NCBI GenBank assembly: GCA_002189035.1
Contig: NEEC01000002.1
Location: 2,666,001-2,730,000, forward strand
Reading direction: 5' to 3'
DNA: 64,000 bases
DNA from: Utricularia gibba
Lineage: Eukaryota; Plantae; Magnoliophyta
The position numbers were made by a program, and so were the translations under genes. The notes below the pieces were generated by a model. That model was not told the DNA's origin. It saw only the letters and a list, made by a program, of their open reading frames with translations, and ran no database searches. How positions within the stretch are numbered: the stretch's first letter is position 1; each line of letters begins with the position of its first letter. Shown here piece after piece: positions 1 to 13,065 of this stretch.

Positions 1-1834
1 AAGAGATGCTAGCCATCTTTGTGCTCCAAAAGCAAATCCACTCTGAATAATGTCTCTACAGAGCTGATGAATCGGAGCTTTATCTTCAATTTCCCAGTGC
101 TCCACCCATGTAACCTGATAATAACAAAACGCTAGCAAAATATAACTGCTGCACAATAAAGAAGGAAAACAGCAAGTGCTGCGCAATGTCGGGAACCTTG
201 GAGTAGCCATTTTGTGCATCTTGGATCAGACATCCAGAAGGGAGTCTGTGAGCTTTGCAAGGTGAAGAGAAATGGGATTCTTGCTGGGAAACATCGTAAG
301 AAACATCCACAATAGCCCACGAACCCGGTTCGATTTGCTGACAGAAACGGAGAAAGTAGAGTTGCCTAGTGGGAACCAATGCAGAAAGCAGTTGCAGTTC
401 TTCATACATCTGTGAACAAAATAGGAATCAACTTTTATTCAAATGGAGAATCAAAGAGGTAGAATTAATTTTGTCGCTTTGTTACCAACAGCAGTGTCCC
501 ACTCTGTCCAGATGATATCACTTCAACAGTCCTGGCTCTGGACACGATTGTAGGAAAAAGATCGACAAATTTGTTCTGTCAACAGAAATACAACATAAGA
601 AGACATGGAAGAAGTAACAGCAGCATCATTTTAAGATTTGTAAGAGGGGAAACTAACCGCGTCCATGAACATATCTACAAGTGCTAAACTGTTGATGATA
701 ACAACCCCAGAATCTCTAGAAGCTTCAATGCGCGCATTAGGATTCTTTGGCCTCGAAAACAATCCATAATAAGCTTCAAGACTGAGTATTTCCCGGCTGT
801 CTGAACTGGGCTTTACCCAAATCGGTTCATTACTATGCAACAACCTAATAAGCTCATCCAGAGCACCGGCGGCGTATTCAGCCATTATGGATTTGTCCAT
901 ATCGGTGAAGCTCATCGGAGGGAAGGGTAAGTCTGTAATCCCGCTTGATGAACTTCCTGGGAGAAGATCTAGGTCGAGAGATGGACCAGGGATGCCGTGG
1001 CCCACGAAGCTACCCATTGATAAATCTAGAGAAGAAACGTGAATTGGCTGCATTGGTGGGAGCTGAGCTATTGGTCTTCCCATGTACTTCGCGGCGATGC
1101 TTGAAACTCTATCGAGCTACAGAACGCGAAACCAGAAAGTTGTAAAAGAAGCTCGAAGTAAGGAAATCGAGAAGGGTGATCAGAGAACCTCTTGTTTCAA
1201 CTGGGCATTTTCAATACGGAGTTTTTGTTCGTCGAAGAAGGAATCCTCTGAAACTGGAGGCCCGCCGCAAGTTGGGCAAATTACGTTTTTGAGGGCTTCA
1301 CGAATCGCAATGTTCTCACATCTGATCTTGTCGTTTTCGGCTCGAAGTGCACAGTTATCTGCCCTTTCATGCTGCGCCTGCAAACAAAAAAAGAAACATG
1401 TCTTCGTCAGAAAAAAGGAAAATGCTTTTTTTCTTTCTCCATGAATCGGAGCTGTGCGTACTTTCATCTGGGTTCTCCGATTCTGAAACCAGAATTTGAT
1501 TTGGCGTGGATGCAAACCAAGTTCTCTGCTCAACAAATTTCTTGTCTTCTCATCCGGGTGGGGGCAATCTTTAAACATTCTAAACAAGAAATAGAAGCCA
1601 AAAAAACAAAGCACATCTTAGTTTCATCCACTTCGATGGGACCAGAAAACAGAAAACGAAAGGAGCATAGTACCATGACGATGCATGGAGAGAAACCAAA
1701 AAAAACAAAGGTTACCGTTCAAGCCTCTGAATTTGCTCCGCCGTGTGACGATGGTACCTCTTCTTCCTCCGATGAGAATCAGAACCTTCCTGGTGGTCCC
1801 CGCCGCTTGAGGCACCGCCGCCGCTGAACTCCAT
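1..1834 (-). CDS. HDG11: Class IV HD-ZIP (homeodomain, ZLZ, START) transcription factor, HDG11/ROC8-like; 3' part lies beyond the window start
   Basis: Spliced reading from ATG 1834: [39 protein letters not shown] / [11 protein letters not shown]...[12 protein letters not shown] / [22 protein letters not shown]...CPTCGG / [15 protein letters not shown]...START exons ([25 protein letters not shown]). All junctions checked are GT-AG and keep frame. Confidence 0.93.
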
Positions 1835-2726
1835 AGCCAGTACGACGGAGAGGAGGGGGTTCTCACTCTCTCACCAGAAGACTAGGAGCATATAATTAAT
1901 AACAACGTTTCGAAAAAAAAAAAGAACCCCAGCAAGATTACAAACCATTGATTCCCATAGCACACCCTTCTTCCCCAACTAAACTCCAACACCCAGAAAC
2001 AAACAAGACAGCAACTTTATACGGCAGCACAGCAAAAAATCCGGAGATTGTTAAGGCACCAACCAAGTTTTCATTTTTAGCAAGCGAAAAGAAACTGAGA
2101 CGTCCCCCAACCCCCGCCTTCCAAACACCCAAGAGGCGCGATGGTCTCAGAGATGAAACGGGGGAAGAACAGAAACGAAATGAAATGTTGGGGGCGAGGA
2201 AGGTGAAAGACGTGGGGCAATAAAGAGGTGGGAGGGAGGAAGAGAGAAAAGTGTCCGTCGTAGTGATAATATTTTTCCTGCTCTACACTACACCTATCTC
2301 TAATACTACTTCTACCACTACTACTCCGCCCGCAGGGGTGAACAGAACCTCTTCTCTCGCCCTAATTGCTTTGCTGCTCTGCTGCAATTGCATTACATTT
2401 CCACACAGCGCCTAACTGTGACTCTGGTGAAATCGTAACCGACGGATTTATGGTATTCTGATCCCACGGCGAGAGAGAAGAAAAAAAAAAGGTGCGCAAT
2501 TAAAGACCGGATAAAATAAAGAAGAAATCATTCTCATTACAATCCGCCACAATGCGTGTGTAATATTATTTGTTTGGAACATTGTAAAAGTAGTTTTATT
2601 ACAAAAATTACAATGATTTTTTATTATTAATAATTTATTTAATTAATACGAATAATTCCAATTTCAAAAAAAAAACAAAATCGGTTCTTATTTTTAAAAA
2701 ATTACAACAACAAAAATTTTATTTTA

Positions 2727-2780
2727 TAAATGTAATTCTTGAAAAATAATTTTCAAAAAATCATTTTATTATTAAATGTA
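2727..2780. promoter_or_regulatory. Two L1-box matches (TAAATGTA) about 0.9 kb upstream of the HD-ZIP IV ATG
   Basis: TAAATGTA at 2727-2734 and 2773-2780. HD-ZIP IV proteins bind TAAATG(C/T)A, but the flank is very AT-rich so chance matches are likely. Confidence 0.25.
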
Positions 2781-5700
2781 AACCACTTTTATTAAAAAAA
2801 AAAGAAATGTAAGCATTTTTTATTTTAATTAGATGTATAAATCTAACTTTTGTTTTTATTGGAATTGTTTTTCTATAAAACAGAATAAAAAATAACTTTA
2901 CATCTTCTTTTTTTCAATTAAAAATGCTTTTACAAAAAGAATGTTTCTTTGAAATAAAATTTTCATTTTCATTTTCTTATTCAAAATGGGAAATCTAAAT
3001 CTATGTTTTGATTGTTACAAGACACAAAATTTTCATAAATTAAAAAATTAGAAATAAAAATAATAATAAGAATTAGGCCCATTTCATAGTTTGATTTTAA
3101 TTTTTAAATAAAAATAATATTTAAAAATATCCAATTAGACTAATTCAATTTGATTTTAAAACACCTCATGAATATAGTTACTAAAAATCATGTGATTATT
3201 TAATATGATACTTTTTTAATTGAGAAAACACAATATTTTATGTTGGAATATTGAGATAGGTGACCTGAGCACCTCCCATTCCCGACGTGGCAACTGTGTT
3301 AAGAGACTAAGACAGGTATTAAACTTGGTAATCATTAATTACAATTATTAATAATTAAACAATTAAGTGGTTCTGTCTCTCATTCCCGCCCACGTGTTTC
3401 CTTCCTTTCAGAATAATTGTGCAATCTCCCCCTTAATCATCATTCCACGCTTTTCCTGCACGTGCCATCTGTTTCCTATGTAAGTGTTTGAAAAGATATA
3501 TATACTCATTTAAAAATAAAAAAAAGGCAAATTAGAGAATGGATCAAATGCAACTGTTTGAAATATAATTCCACATATTTAAGTTATTATATTTCATACT
3601 ATTATGTTTAATAAATATAAACTACACATGAGATAAATAGAAGTTCTGAAAATCAATAAATATTTTACAATCATCGAGGTTGTTCTTTTTCAATAATATT
3701 CTGAAACGATTCTTTTAAATAATTTTTAAGATTTTAATTTTTAATAAAAAGTCGAATAACTTCATAAATTATTTAATTCACTGAATTTATATTTCAATGA
3801 TTAAAGAATAAATTAATTAAAAAATTATAATATTCAATTTTTATCTATTCTAACAATACGTTTATATCATAATATTATATTATATTATAATTTAATTTAT
3901 TAAAATTTACAAGATATATTTTATTTTATTAATTTTATAATAATATACAAAATATTTTTGCAATTTCAAATTTATTTTCAATATAATTTCAAAGTTGATT
4001 ATATTTTATATAAAATCAATGAAGATGAATGGAGTTGAACGGCTGGGATCATTGGAAAAGGGAAAAAAAAAAGGAAAGAAACCTAATCTTTTTGAAAAGT
4101 GGAAGAGGGACATGTCTTAATATTCGCACCAGAAGTACCGGAGAAGGCGACTGTTGTTTGTTAGGGCAAATAATTTTTTGAACTGTAAAATATAAAACGA
4201 GAATAAATGTCCCCAAAGTCAATGCCTTTTAATATTTTTATTAAATATAACGAAAGAAAAGAAAAGACAGGAGATGGGCAATGAATGAGGCAATGGACCT
4301 GGCACTCTCTTATTTGCCTTTTTGGTTTGTATTTATTCCCATAAAATAATATAAATAATAATCGTTTTGTAATAAAAGAGGGGGAGGGTAAAAGGAGGAC
4401 AGGACAGTCGCATTTACTTGTATATTATTATATAATATAACTAGCCTGGGGCCTCCTTTTGTTCCTGTGAACACTCATCAATGCCCCCCGCCGGCGCCGC
4501 CTACCGGAGGAGCCCATTCCGGCGGGTGTGTCCGCCCTGTAAAGTGTGTACTCCCTACTTTTGGTCCACTCACCCCTGTACCTGTACCTGTATTGTATTC
4601 TATTGCCGTGTGGGTTTTTTTTTTATTTTTATATTTAATAATATAACAAAGATTCCTTTTTTTCGCTTTTGCATGGAGGGGCAAATAATGGTGACCCCAT
4701 TTCACTTATTATTAATATTATTGGAATGAAAATTCACAAGATGCTTAGGGGAGAATGAATATTTTTTATATCCACTTTAAAAAGACTTTTTGTCATTATC
4801 AACTAATATGTAAGGTAGAAGTATTGTTATGATATATCATAATAACAGATGGGAAAGATAATATATCCAAATATAGGTACTTTAATGATCTAGCATGAGG
4901 TATTTCATGTAAGAGTAGAGAATGTAAAATCATGAAGGTTAAGTGTTCAAATAGATAATATTGTGCAAAAATATAGTAATTTGCTACATTTCGTATTAGA
5001 ACCAAACCCAAACTCATGTTAATGGTAGAATGAGAATAAGGATATTCAATATATAAGACGAGTAGAACATAAGGTAAAAGGTCTTGTGATAATATACAAC
5101 ATTAATTATTAATGAGAGAATGATATACATCAATATAAATACTCCTTAAATAATATTTTTACACCTAACTTCTTTCTTCTTTGCATTTAAAAATAAGGAT
5201 GATACAATTGTATTTTTCATATAAATAAAATACTTTCATTAAATTAATTATTATTTATCAACCAAATATTTCTAATCTCATTCATATATCCCTATTAAAC
5301 TATTTCCCTACATATTGATATGGGGGAAGGAGGCACATCTTTAGAGTTCCATTTCTTGGTACATAATAAAGGAGTTGAGTTGACGGGCGTGTACGGTCAT
5401 GACATATGGGTTACTCCAACATGGCAAAATAAGTGGCGTTGCCTTGGGGTTGGATAGCTAGGGATCCATGTCCATGTGATGTGTGTTACTGCTAATGATA
5501 TGCCATCAAGGGCTTGTCTTATGTTGAACATAGAGGAGCAGGCTTGATAATAATGATGATGAAATCAGCTTAGGATGTTAGTGGTAATTAAATGATATAT
5601 AGTTAATGTGGGCATTCATAATCTAAGCTTGGATTCATTCCAACAAAACACCACTCATGAATGCATCCACAAGCCTATCAAATAAACTATGGGGCCTCTG

Positions 5701-5827
5701 TCACATATTCTGTAACCTTGCTAGGGTTTATATTCATGCCCTAGGCCACAATAAATCTCACCTCCGCCTTCGGAGTCATGTTGGGGTGCCGTCCATTCAC
5801 TAAGCATGCTTTAAGCACTTGGTCTCA

Positions 5828-5849
5828 CCCCCCCCCCCCCCCCCCCCCC
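5828..5849. repeat. 22-nt poly-C/G homopolymer
   Basis: Uninterrupted C run. Confidence 0.9.
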
Positions 5850-7112
5850 AATGGTGCGGTTCATGTGCTATTTTGCTAGTATGAAATTACTCGGGTACGA
5901 TCATATTAACGTTAGTATATTAGGATAAGTGATCCTTTAGATCATCCATGAACGAACTTCATGGCTTGCCAACTTATGATGATCATTGGTTGCATGAAGT
6001 TTGATAGACTATAGTCATGTGTTACTATTAGAATAAATAATCTTATATCGAGAAATAAAAATAAAATAATTAAATGCATAAGAAATTATAGATTACTATC
6101 AATTAATTTAATTTTTTAATGTAATTCATATTTTTTTAATATAATTAAAATTTATATGTATTCATTCAATCCATTGAATTCTTAATTTCAACAATGATGT
6201 TCCAAAATTCGTGTCATATCAGTTGCTTGGCTCGTAGAGAATTCGTGAAGAGTAAGAATCAAATAAGAAATGAATTAATGAAACCTGAATATAAATTGAA
6301 CGATGGAGGAAAATGTAATAAATAATAAATAAAAGAAAAGACATCCGGGATCTTCCCTATGGGTGATCCTAACCACCAACTGAAAAATAATATTATAATA
6401 TTACGAAGGGCGCGCAGCAAGTTGCGGGAACGCTGACCACTTGGTAATTAATATTCGATTTATTGATGATTCGTTTTGGTACATTAGATTTTGTCGTTCC
6501 GTTGACTTCTACAATTTTATTGCAATAAACAATCCCAACACCCAACTCCCTTCTAATGTTTTGCACCCAAATAATTATTTGCATTTGCATCTCTCACCGA
6601 TATATTATCAATTCGAGAAAATACGAAGAAAATAGAATGATAGTGTTGGTCGTGCTACAAATAGTTAGTTAAACTATGGCGGTTATATGTCGTTGTTTCA
6701 AAATTGAAACCCTACCCGGGTCACGCCCATACAAAGGAGGGTTTTTAATTATAGGTGTTTGATCGAACCAATTTGATCGGTCAAACTTGAAATGTTTGAA
6801 AACCTACAATCAAATATCGTACGAAATTAAAATTAAGTTTGGAAAAATCACTATGTAATTGATTTTAACGGAATTGAAAATTTTAATAAAATTAAAATTG
6901 ATATATGTTTGGAATTCAAGAATAATTATTATATAATGTTTCAAGAATAACGCTTCGAAACCCTATGTTTCACTGCTTCCGTTTCATCATTTCCAAACAA
7001 ACATAGAGATTGATGAGAATCATCACTCTAAACACGGATCGACGTTTGATCAATTTTTGAATGAGTGACGATTTGCAAAATCAATAATACAAGGTGGGTA
7101 GATCTTGTGGAA

Positions 7113-7126
7113 TGGGCTGTGGCCCA
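7113..7126. promoter_or_regulatory. Paired site II motifs (TGGGCY) upstream of TIM14
   Basis: TGGGCT at 7113-7118 and GGCCCA at 7121-7126; typical of nuclear genes for mitochondrial proteins. Confidence 0.4.
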
Positions 7127-7835
7127 TTAAAGTTACCCGGCCCGGTTAGAGAACGGGCGACCCGGAAAACAGTTGAGATACGGGGGATACTGGACCATGT
7201 CATCAAAGCAAAAGATGATAAGCAACGGCATCAAGGCTCATCAGATGTACGGCCACAGGGGAGCCCCCCTCCGCTCCCCGACCGTACAAGACTGGCTGTC
7301 TTTTTTGGACACCCGCCTGCGGGAATTCGTTATGCAATCAAAAAGGGTTCGCGTATGGTAGTTCAAGGAAAACGCAGGCGCTTGTAAGAAGATGAAGGGG
7401 AGGCTGGTTTTATCCGGTCAGCTCGGAATTCTTACTTGTCCGGGATGACAAATTATGAAGAAAATTTGAATTTGAATTTACGTTGTATTAATTATAAAAC
7501 AATTTATATGCAGACGAACGCTTTTAGAAGTCGTGTTTAGTTTGAGGCGCGGCCCTAGCTAGCCCTGGTGTTGGTTTCTTTCTTGTGGAGCAAGTTAGAG
7601 AGATTGAAAAGGGGGACGGGACTGACGACTGTAAGAAACCAAAGCTAAGAATTCAGGGCATCGGCTTGGGGGTAGATAAGGTTATTCAGACAGTAATTTG
7701 TGATTGTTGCTCTGTTTTTTTTTTTTTTTGAAAGGTGAAGGGAAGTTGCTAATGTTCCTTTTTTCCCGTTTCTGCAGGATTTTGGGAGCAGGGCGCTTGA
7801 ATTGAGTATCTGGGGTTTGTTACGGATCCATCAAA

Positions 7836-8695
7836 ATGGTACCTTTTCCTATCCCTACTTCTCCATCTCCTCTCTTCTTTATATCGGTTACGTGTCTTGA
7901 TTTCGGGGGGCAAAAGACGGATACGTGTGTTCGTTTGTAGTAGTACACTTTTGTGAAATAGCGTTGAAGATGTGTGTGATTAGGGCTTTTTCTGTCGCCC
8001 GGATTGGTCCGCGTTTTATGTTAGATTGTTTTTCTAAGAATGACCATTGGCGACAGAAGAAGAACACGAAGCCCTTTAAGCCCTAGTCTTGGTGTTTTAA
8101 TTGGCTTCAACATCATTAGTCTGCTGCTTGTAAACTGTCATCAAACACCTCTGTGTTCGAAGGATCCCTGTGTATGTCTCATGACTGATGGTTGATTTAA
8201 CGATAGAAGAAGCATGATTTCCCCCATATGGGAGTGGCTTGTGTCTACAAAAGTTATTCTTAATTTCATTTTTCTTCTCCATAAGGCATCAATCGCTGTA
8301 ACTGGAGTTGCTATCGGACTGCTGCCATGGGGGCGAGATACTTGCTAAGAGCATGGCAGGCGTTTAGAGCCCGGCCTGCAGTTCCCCATGTACGCAGATT
8401 TTATCCTGGTGGATTCGAACCAGTCATGACGAGGCGAGAGGCTGCTCGTATTCTTGGAGTAAGGTACCTAATACATCATTCCTTCAACAGGAACTTATCC
8501 CTGATCTTAATGTTTTGGCCCCTGATTTCATCAAACAGAGAACATGCTCCTGTTGAGAAGATCAAGGAGGCTCACATCAGGGTGATGAAAGCTAACCATC
8601 CAGATCTTGGCGGAAGCCATTATCTCTCGTTGAAGATCTCTGAAGCCAGAGATATCCTACTAAGGAAAACCGGTAATCCAGATTCTGCATTCTGA
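7836..8695 (+). CDS. TIM14: Mitochondrial import motor J-protein TIM14/PAM18; apparent 1-nt frameshift near 8319
   Basis: ATG-only first coding exon (7836-7838, then GT); exon 8286-8463; intron 8464-8538; last exon to TGA 8695. GARYLLRAWQAFRARP, FYPGGFEPVMTRREAARILGV, MKANHPDLGGSHYL match PAM18 with an intact HPD motif. Confidence 0.88.
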
Positions 8696-9033
8696 TGATA
8701 GGAACCACTGGTTTGGCTGGCTGGTGCATCATCAGTGGATTCATGTGCTATTCAGCGAACGTTTTTGCAGAGCCATATGGATTGCTCATTTGCCACTCTC
8801 CATCCCCTTTTCACAGCTTTGCCTTGAACTTTTCTTCTTCTTTTTAGGTGCATTTGTATTCTGCTCTTTCAAGATCATCTTTTTTCTCTTCTGCGTTCTT
8901 CATCTCAAGTTAAACCCTTTTTAAACCGGGTCGAGGACTGGACCGAAAAATGAGTAATAAAACCTGAAAAAAAAACCCAAAATAGAACCGAAAACAAGAC
9001 CTTTATTGTTCTTCATAAGTTATATATATGAAG

Positions 9034-9250
9034 CATATGTTCTCCACACATTCTTCATTTTACAATCTTATTTTATTAAGAATGAGAATAAGTAAAATGA
9101 GAAAGAGATTTTTTTTTATATTATGTAAAATATTATATTTTTAAGAATGAGAATTTAACTTGCATAAAAATGAAAAATTAAAAATTCTCTATGCTATGTT
9201 TATTTTTACATTCTCATTCTGTAAAATGAGAATATAATAAACAAATGCAT
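9034..9250. mobile_element. Possible degenerate Tourist-like MITE
   Basis: Left end GCATATGTT..ATTCTTCATTTTACA resembles the reverse complement of the right end TGTAAAATGAGAAT..AACAAATGC; internal AGAATGAGAAT repeats; no clear TSD. Confidence 0.3.
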
Positions 9251-12200
9251 ACAAAATAAGCCCGAAATGTGGGCATTAGTCCCTATTGGGCTCGATCCCT
9301 CAAGAAAGCTGCACAAGCCCAATCTACAATTGCGCCATGTAAATAAAATATTTCCCGAAATTTTTCCTTGAAATTGGGTAAAAATAGTCTCTATTATTTG
9401 TATTTATAATAAAATTGATTTCCAATGTAAAAGCATAATTCTTCTTCAATTCAATTTATTATATTGCCAATCATCGTTCGGTAGTGCGCACTCCGACTCC
9501 TGTCACCTATGGAGTGGAATATTTTTCTACTTTCTCTTACATATTAAATAAAAAAAGTTTAATTAAGAATAATCAATTTTTTCACACACATCATAAAAAA
9601 TGACTAAATTTCTAATACACACTCGGCAATGAGCATCCTTGGTGCGCATTGCTGACCCTGTCGACGGAAGGTTATGGACGGAATGGGGCAGCCGGCCAAC
9701 GCTGGTCAATCAATTTATTATTAAAATAATAATATATAAAGTAAAAAAATATAAAATTAAATATTATTAAAAGTTAATGATTATCCCATTAAATATATTA
9801 TTTTTATTTAATATTAAAGACCCAATATTCTTTTTTTAATAAACAGTATGAATATCTGGAGTCAGGTGTCTGATTCATTATGTGTGGATACTGTTATTGG
9901 TAATGGAGCATCAACATCCATGGCCATGATGGTGTTCTCTTAGACATGCATAAAACGTCATCATCTTGCATGCATATCCATGAAGGATGATTATGCATTT
10001 AATAAAAAAACAGGAAAAAATCATATTCAGAAAAGGAAAAAGAAAAGCATAGAAGATATTTGCCACATTGGAGTGCTATGAAGGTGGAAAAGATACGTCT
10101 GTGTCCAACCTGTCTTTCGATTCGCGACTCCAAATAAATTGGGTGATCTGCTCCACACCGATCCCTATCCTCCTATCCTAATAGCCGACGTGTCAACCCG
10201 GCCGCCTTACGATCCCTTCTTTTCTTGAGGGTCCCAACAGCGACATCTTTTTGTTTTCTTGTTGGAGATGGAGGGCCCACAAGGAAAAAAAAAAGGCTAA
10301 AGGAGATATGGCCAGATTTCTAAAAATTTAGAATGAATAGTTAATTTTTTAAAAATTTATAATATAAATAAAACTCAAATTTTACAATTAAATTTGGATA
10401 TAAAAATTTCAAAACATTCAATAAATTAACTATTCATTCTAGATTATAATACACATGTAATGAATCAACTATTCATTCCTTCATTATGGGTTTTTTTAGT
10501 AATGGGAACAAATACATTATTTATTGAGAATTAATTTTATCAAAATATTAAAATTAGGTTTTTCGATGCAATTTACTTTAAAAAATAAAATATTTAGTGA
10601 TAAAAAAATGATGTCTGCATATATTAATAAATAATGATCCAATGCTATGATAGATGTGTACGATTATAGTAATTTATGTAATTTAGATGTATTCATGTTT
10701 AAAATAAAGATTATTTATTAAATGTCGCTATATAAAGAACTTATTGACTCATTTATTATTCACATGCTTTTCCATTATTCCAACCTTATTCATTCTATTT
10801 AAACCGTATATGGTAGCTATATCGGTATAGATTATCCTGATATAAATTTTTTTTGATTGAAGGTATAAAAATAAGGAGCGATGTTGATGTTGAAAATTTT
10901 ATAACTTATAGAGAATAAAAAAGTATTTCGAGAAAATTTATTCTCAATTATCAAACATATTATTATTATCCCGTATGTTGTGATATCTCATGTTACCTTA
11001 TTATCAAACATGACCTTACATTCTAACACCGATTTAAGCCGATCCCTTACTTTTCGGTCTTTTTCTCATACGATGAGATTTTTGGCACCATGAGTTTATT
11101 TAATGATAATACTTATTATATATCTTTTTGTTTTTTTTAAATTTTATTTTTTATTTTTTATGTCCGCGAATTCGTATAAAACAGGATAATAACCATTTTA
11201 TATTGGACGCTACAGAGCTAGAGCTTAATTGTGATATCACAACTAAATAAATAAATAGATTGGTAGATGAATAGGACACGTGCCAGGAGAAGCAATGCTG
11301 AGATGCGCCAGCTGGACTCCACGGATGAACGGATGGGCTCCTCCATTCACATAAATCTTGATAAGTATTAGACACGAAAACGCAACTCCTGACTTTTTGA
11401 TATGTATGGAAATCATATATAAATAAACACATGGTTTCCCAACACACAAAATTAAATATGATATCAACATCGATATCAATATCATATTATTGACATACTC
11501 TCCAATGATGGATGTTGAACTTAAAAACTATATTTGAAAACTAATTATATTTTACTAAAATCAATTATATTTTCCTAGGATTGATTATATCTTTCAAATG
11601 TATATTTGATTCTCTCTTATAAAAAATAATTTTTGATAATCAACTCAATTCTGTAAGAAATATGGATATGCATATTTTTATACATCATTTTTTTAATAAT
11701 TTATTTTGAGAAATAAATTTAATATTATACCTATTTGATAAATATTGATAAATAAATATTATAAAAATTAAATCGTATTTTTAAAATATTGATTTTCAAT
11801 TTGATAAATATTGATATTATATAATATGTTTGATTTAAATAAATTCATAACATATTATTATTATTAAATATAGATAAATATTTCATTTACTTATAAAAAT
11901 CAATTCTTATTTTTTTTCAATTCAAATATTAATTAATTCTATAAGATTTATTTTTAAAAAAACAACTCCAATCATATATCAATTGTAGGGTGATTTTTCA
12001 AACGGTGTCTAAATTTGAGGGGAGGAGATAGTCTTCACAATTAGAAAGTAAATTAAAACACATTGAAAAAAAGACGAACCTAGTGATGAGGATGGATGTT
12101 ATCGACCCACGCGGATGTTACGCACCGCCTCACCCACCAATCCCCCATATCCAACCACCACCCTCAAATATAGTAATAATAATAATAATAATAGAAAATA

Positions 12201-13065
12201 ATAATTATGTTTATTACAAGATTTTTCTAGTTAATTTTGTAGTAACAAAATGCAACCTTGGTGACTTAAGGTATTTGATATAGAACAAAATTTGAAAAGA
12301 AAAATTATTTTTTAAGTTGTTTGATTTATTTTTATTTTACAATAAAATACTTTAGTTTGTACAAAATTAAGTCAAAAATTTTAACAATGAAATCATTTTA
12401 CAGCATTTCATCTGAAAAACTCGTTGGAACTAACTAAATATTGTATCATTCACTTTCATTTCTTTTTTTATTAAATAATTATGCATTCTTTTCAAATAAA
12501 TCATAAAAAACTTTAAATTATGTTTTCTAAATTATATTGCAAGTGTGAAAATTCACTTAAAATTTAAAATTTTTTTATGATTTATTTGAAAAGAACATAT
12601 AATTATTTAATCAAAAAAAAGAAATGAAAGCAAATGATACAATGTTTAATTAATTCCGATGAGTTTTTGGATGTAATTTCATAAAATAGTGTATTGGTAA
12701 ATGTTTTGACTGGATATTTTAAAAGTTAAAGTGTTGTACTGTAAAATGAATAAAACGCGTAAAAGATTCTGATTTAAAAACGATTATTTCTAAATTTGAA
12801 ATATAAATAGGTCGAGTGGGGCCCGCGGGGCGCACCTCGAAATATCTCTCATTTAATAACGATTATTCATTTTGTAAATATTTGGTGCGGAATATGCAGG
12901 ACCGTCCGTGGTCAAGTATGTGGGTCCCACAGACACAGCCGCAGCCAGCCACGCCGGGGGGTGGGATGCTTCTTCTTCTTTGCTGGCTATAAATGCGGCT
13001 TCGTCGACTGATTCTTTGTTCTCCTCTCCTGCGTCATTGGGCTGCGCTTCAAACATCAGTGCCTG

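Noticed and set aside
1110-1195. Apparent premature stop in HD-ZIP IV (QLKQEVL*)
   Set aside because: GAG|GT donor and TGTAG acceptor define an intron; splicing gives [13 protein letters not shown] in frame.
7094-7387. 97-aa and 62-aa ORFs upstream of TIM14
   Set aside because: GTG or weak starts, no recognisable domain or splice support; they overlap the promoter region.
9600-10000. Short hairpins (about 9627-9655 and 9905-9940) as miRNA precursors or Helitron ends
   Set aside because: Stems are too short or imperfect, no known mature miRNA was recognised, and no terminal CTRR follows.
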